Source of the DNA: Escherichia coli
Lineage (GTDB): Bacteria > Pseudomonadota > Gammaproteobacteria > Enterobacterales > Enterobacteriaceae
Strand: one strand, 5' to 3'
Length of the DNA stretch: 64,000 nt
Assembly: GCF_030013595.1 (NCBI RefSeq)
Contig: NZ_CP122768.1
This document shows, piece by piece, positions 63,328-64,000 of the stretch; position 1 is the stretch's first letter, and each line of letters starts with the position of its first letter. Below the pieces are notes generated by a model. The model was not told where the DNA came from, searched no databases, and saw only the letters and a list, made by a program, of their open reading frames with translations. The position numbers were made by a program, and so were the translations under genes.

Positions 63328-64000
63328 AGATGCTGGCGGAAAAATGTCACGGCAGCATCTAACGCCTCAGGCGTAATGCGGTGACGCACGCCTGGCTGCC
63401 ATGAACAGGTTAGCAGTTTATCCCGTCCCGTCTCGCTTAAGGCCTGCTGCAAACGTAGTGATTCGTCGGCAGGCACGACGTCATCGTCAAGGCCATGCCA
63501 CAGCAGTAGAGGTCTGTCACCAAGTTGTTCCAGGTGGTTTGTCGCTTCCCACTCTGCCAGCGGCGCGACAATGTTATTGAATTCATTCTGCTGTGCTGCC
63601 GTTTCAGGTATCAGCGGTGGAAACAGTGAACGGGCGAGCGATGTAAAATAGCCCGATCCCATCATGCTGGCGGTACATTTCACCGTGGGGTGGCGAGCGG
63701 TAATTCCCAGTGCCGTCATCGCGCCCATCGACGCGCCACCGACTGCCAGACGGTCAGCAAGCAGCCAGTTTTCTTCGGCTATTGCCGCACGTAACGTAGT
63801 GAATTCCTGCATACTTTGTAGCAAAATTTGCCAAAATTGATTTAACCGCCGCGCTGCGTCGCCCCTAAAACGGCTACCGTGATCGGGCGCATCCGGCATG
63901 ATCACCCGCAAACCAGCCTGCGCCAGCGCAACGGCAAAATAGCTATACACCAGACTGGACGAAGTAAAGCCGTGATAAAAAATCGCGCACGGTAACGGGG
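63324..64000 (-). CDS. yjfP: Alpha/beta-hydrolase esterase YjfP, C-terminal about 225 codons; start lies beyond window end
   Basis: Reading frame open to window end; GxSxG (GASMGAM) motif. Confidence 0.8.

Overview
The window reads as Escherichia coli / Shigella chromosome. Gene content and order match, in reverse orientation, the E. coli K-12 segment yjgM-rraB-argI-yjgL-tabA-bdcRA-yjgH-pyrLBI-ridA-mgtA-treRBC-nrdDG-cybC-pmbA-yjgA-mpl-fbp-yjfF/ytfTRQ-ppa-chpBS-ytfP-tamBA-msrA-ytfLKJ-cysQ-cpdB-ytfH-qorB-ytfFE-cycA-fklB-ytfB-yjfZ-rplI-rpsR-priB-rpsF-yjfY-ulaFEDCBA-ulaG-ulaR-yjfP. All assignments come from my recognition of the translated ORFs and remembered gene order; no database search was run. 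About 60 core CDS are accounted for, and no rRNA, tRNA or CRISPR array was found. I did not find a large unexplained gene cluster, so I cannot point to a clearly undescribed system. Three accessory or strain-specific loci stand out against the K-12 order: (1) a RelB/RelE-like type II toxin-antitoxin pair between nrdG and an intact cybC; (2) a decayed IS200/IS605-family element with a tnpB interrupted by one in-frame TAG and a frameshifted tnpA, bounded by matching hairpins, between ytfB and a truncated ytfA; (3) an IS1 copy that truncates ytfJ and replaces ytfI with no target-site duplication. The AT-rich yjgL and yjfZ islands are secondary candidates. Coordinates of non-coding features are approximate to a few bases.
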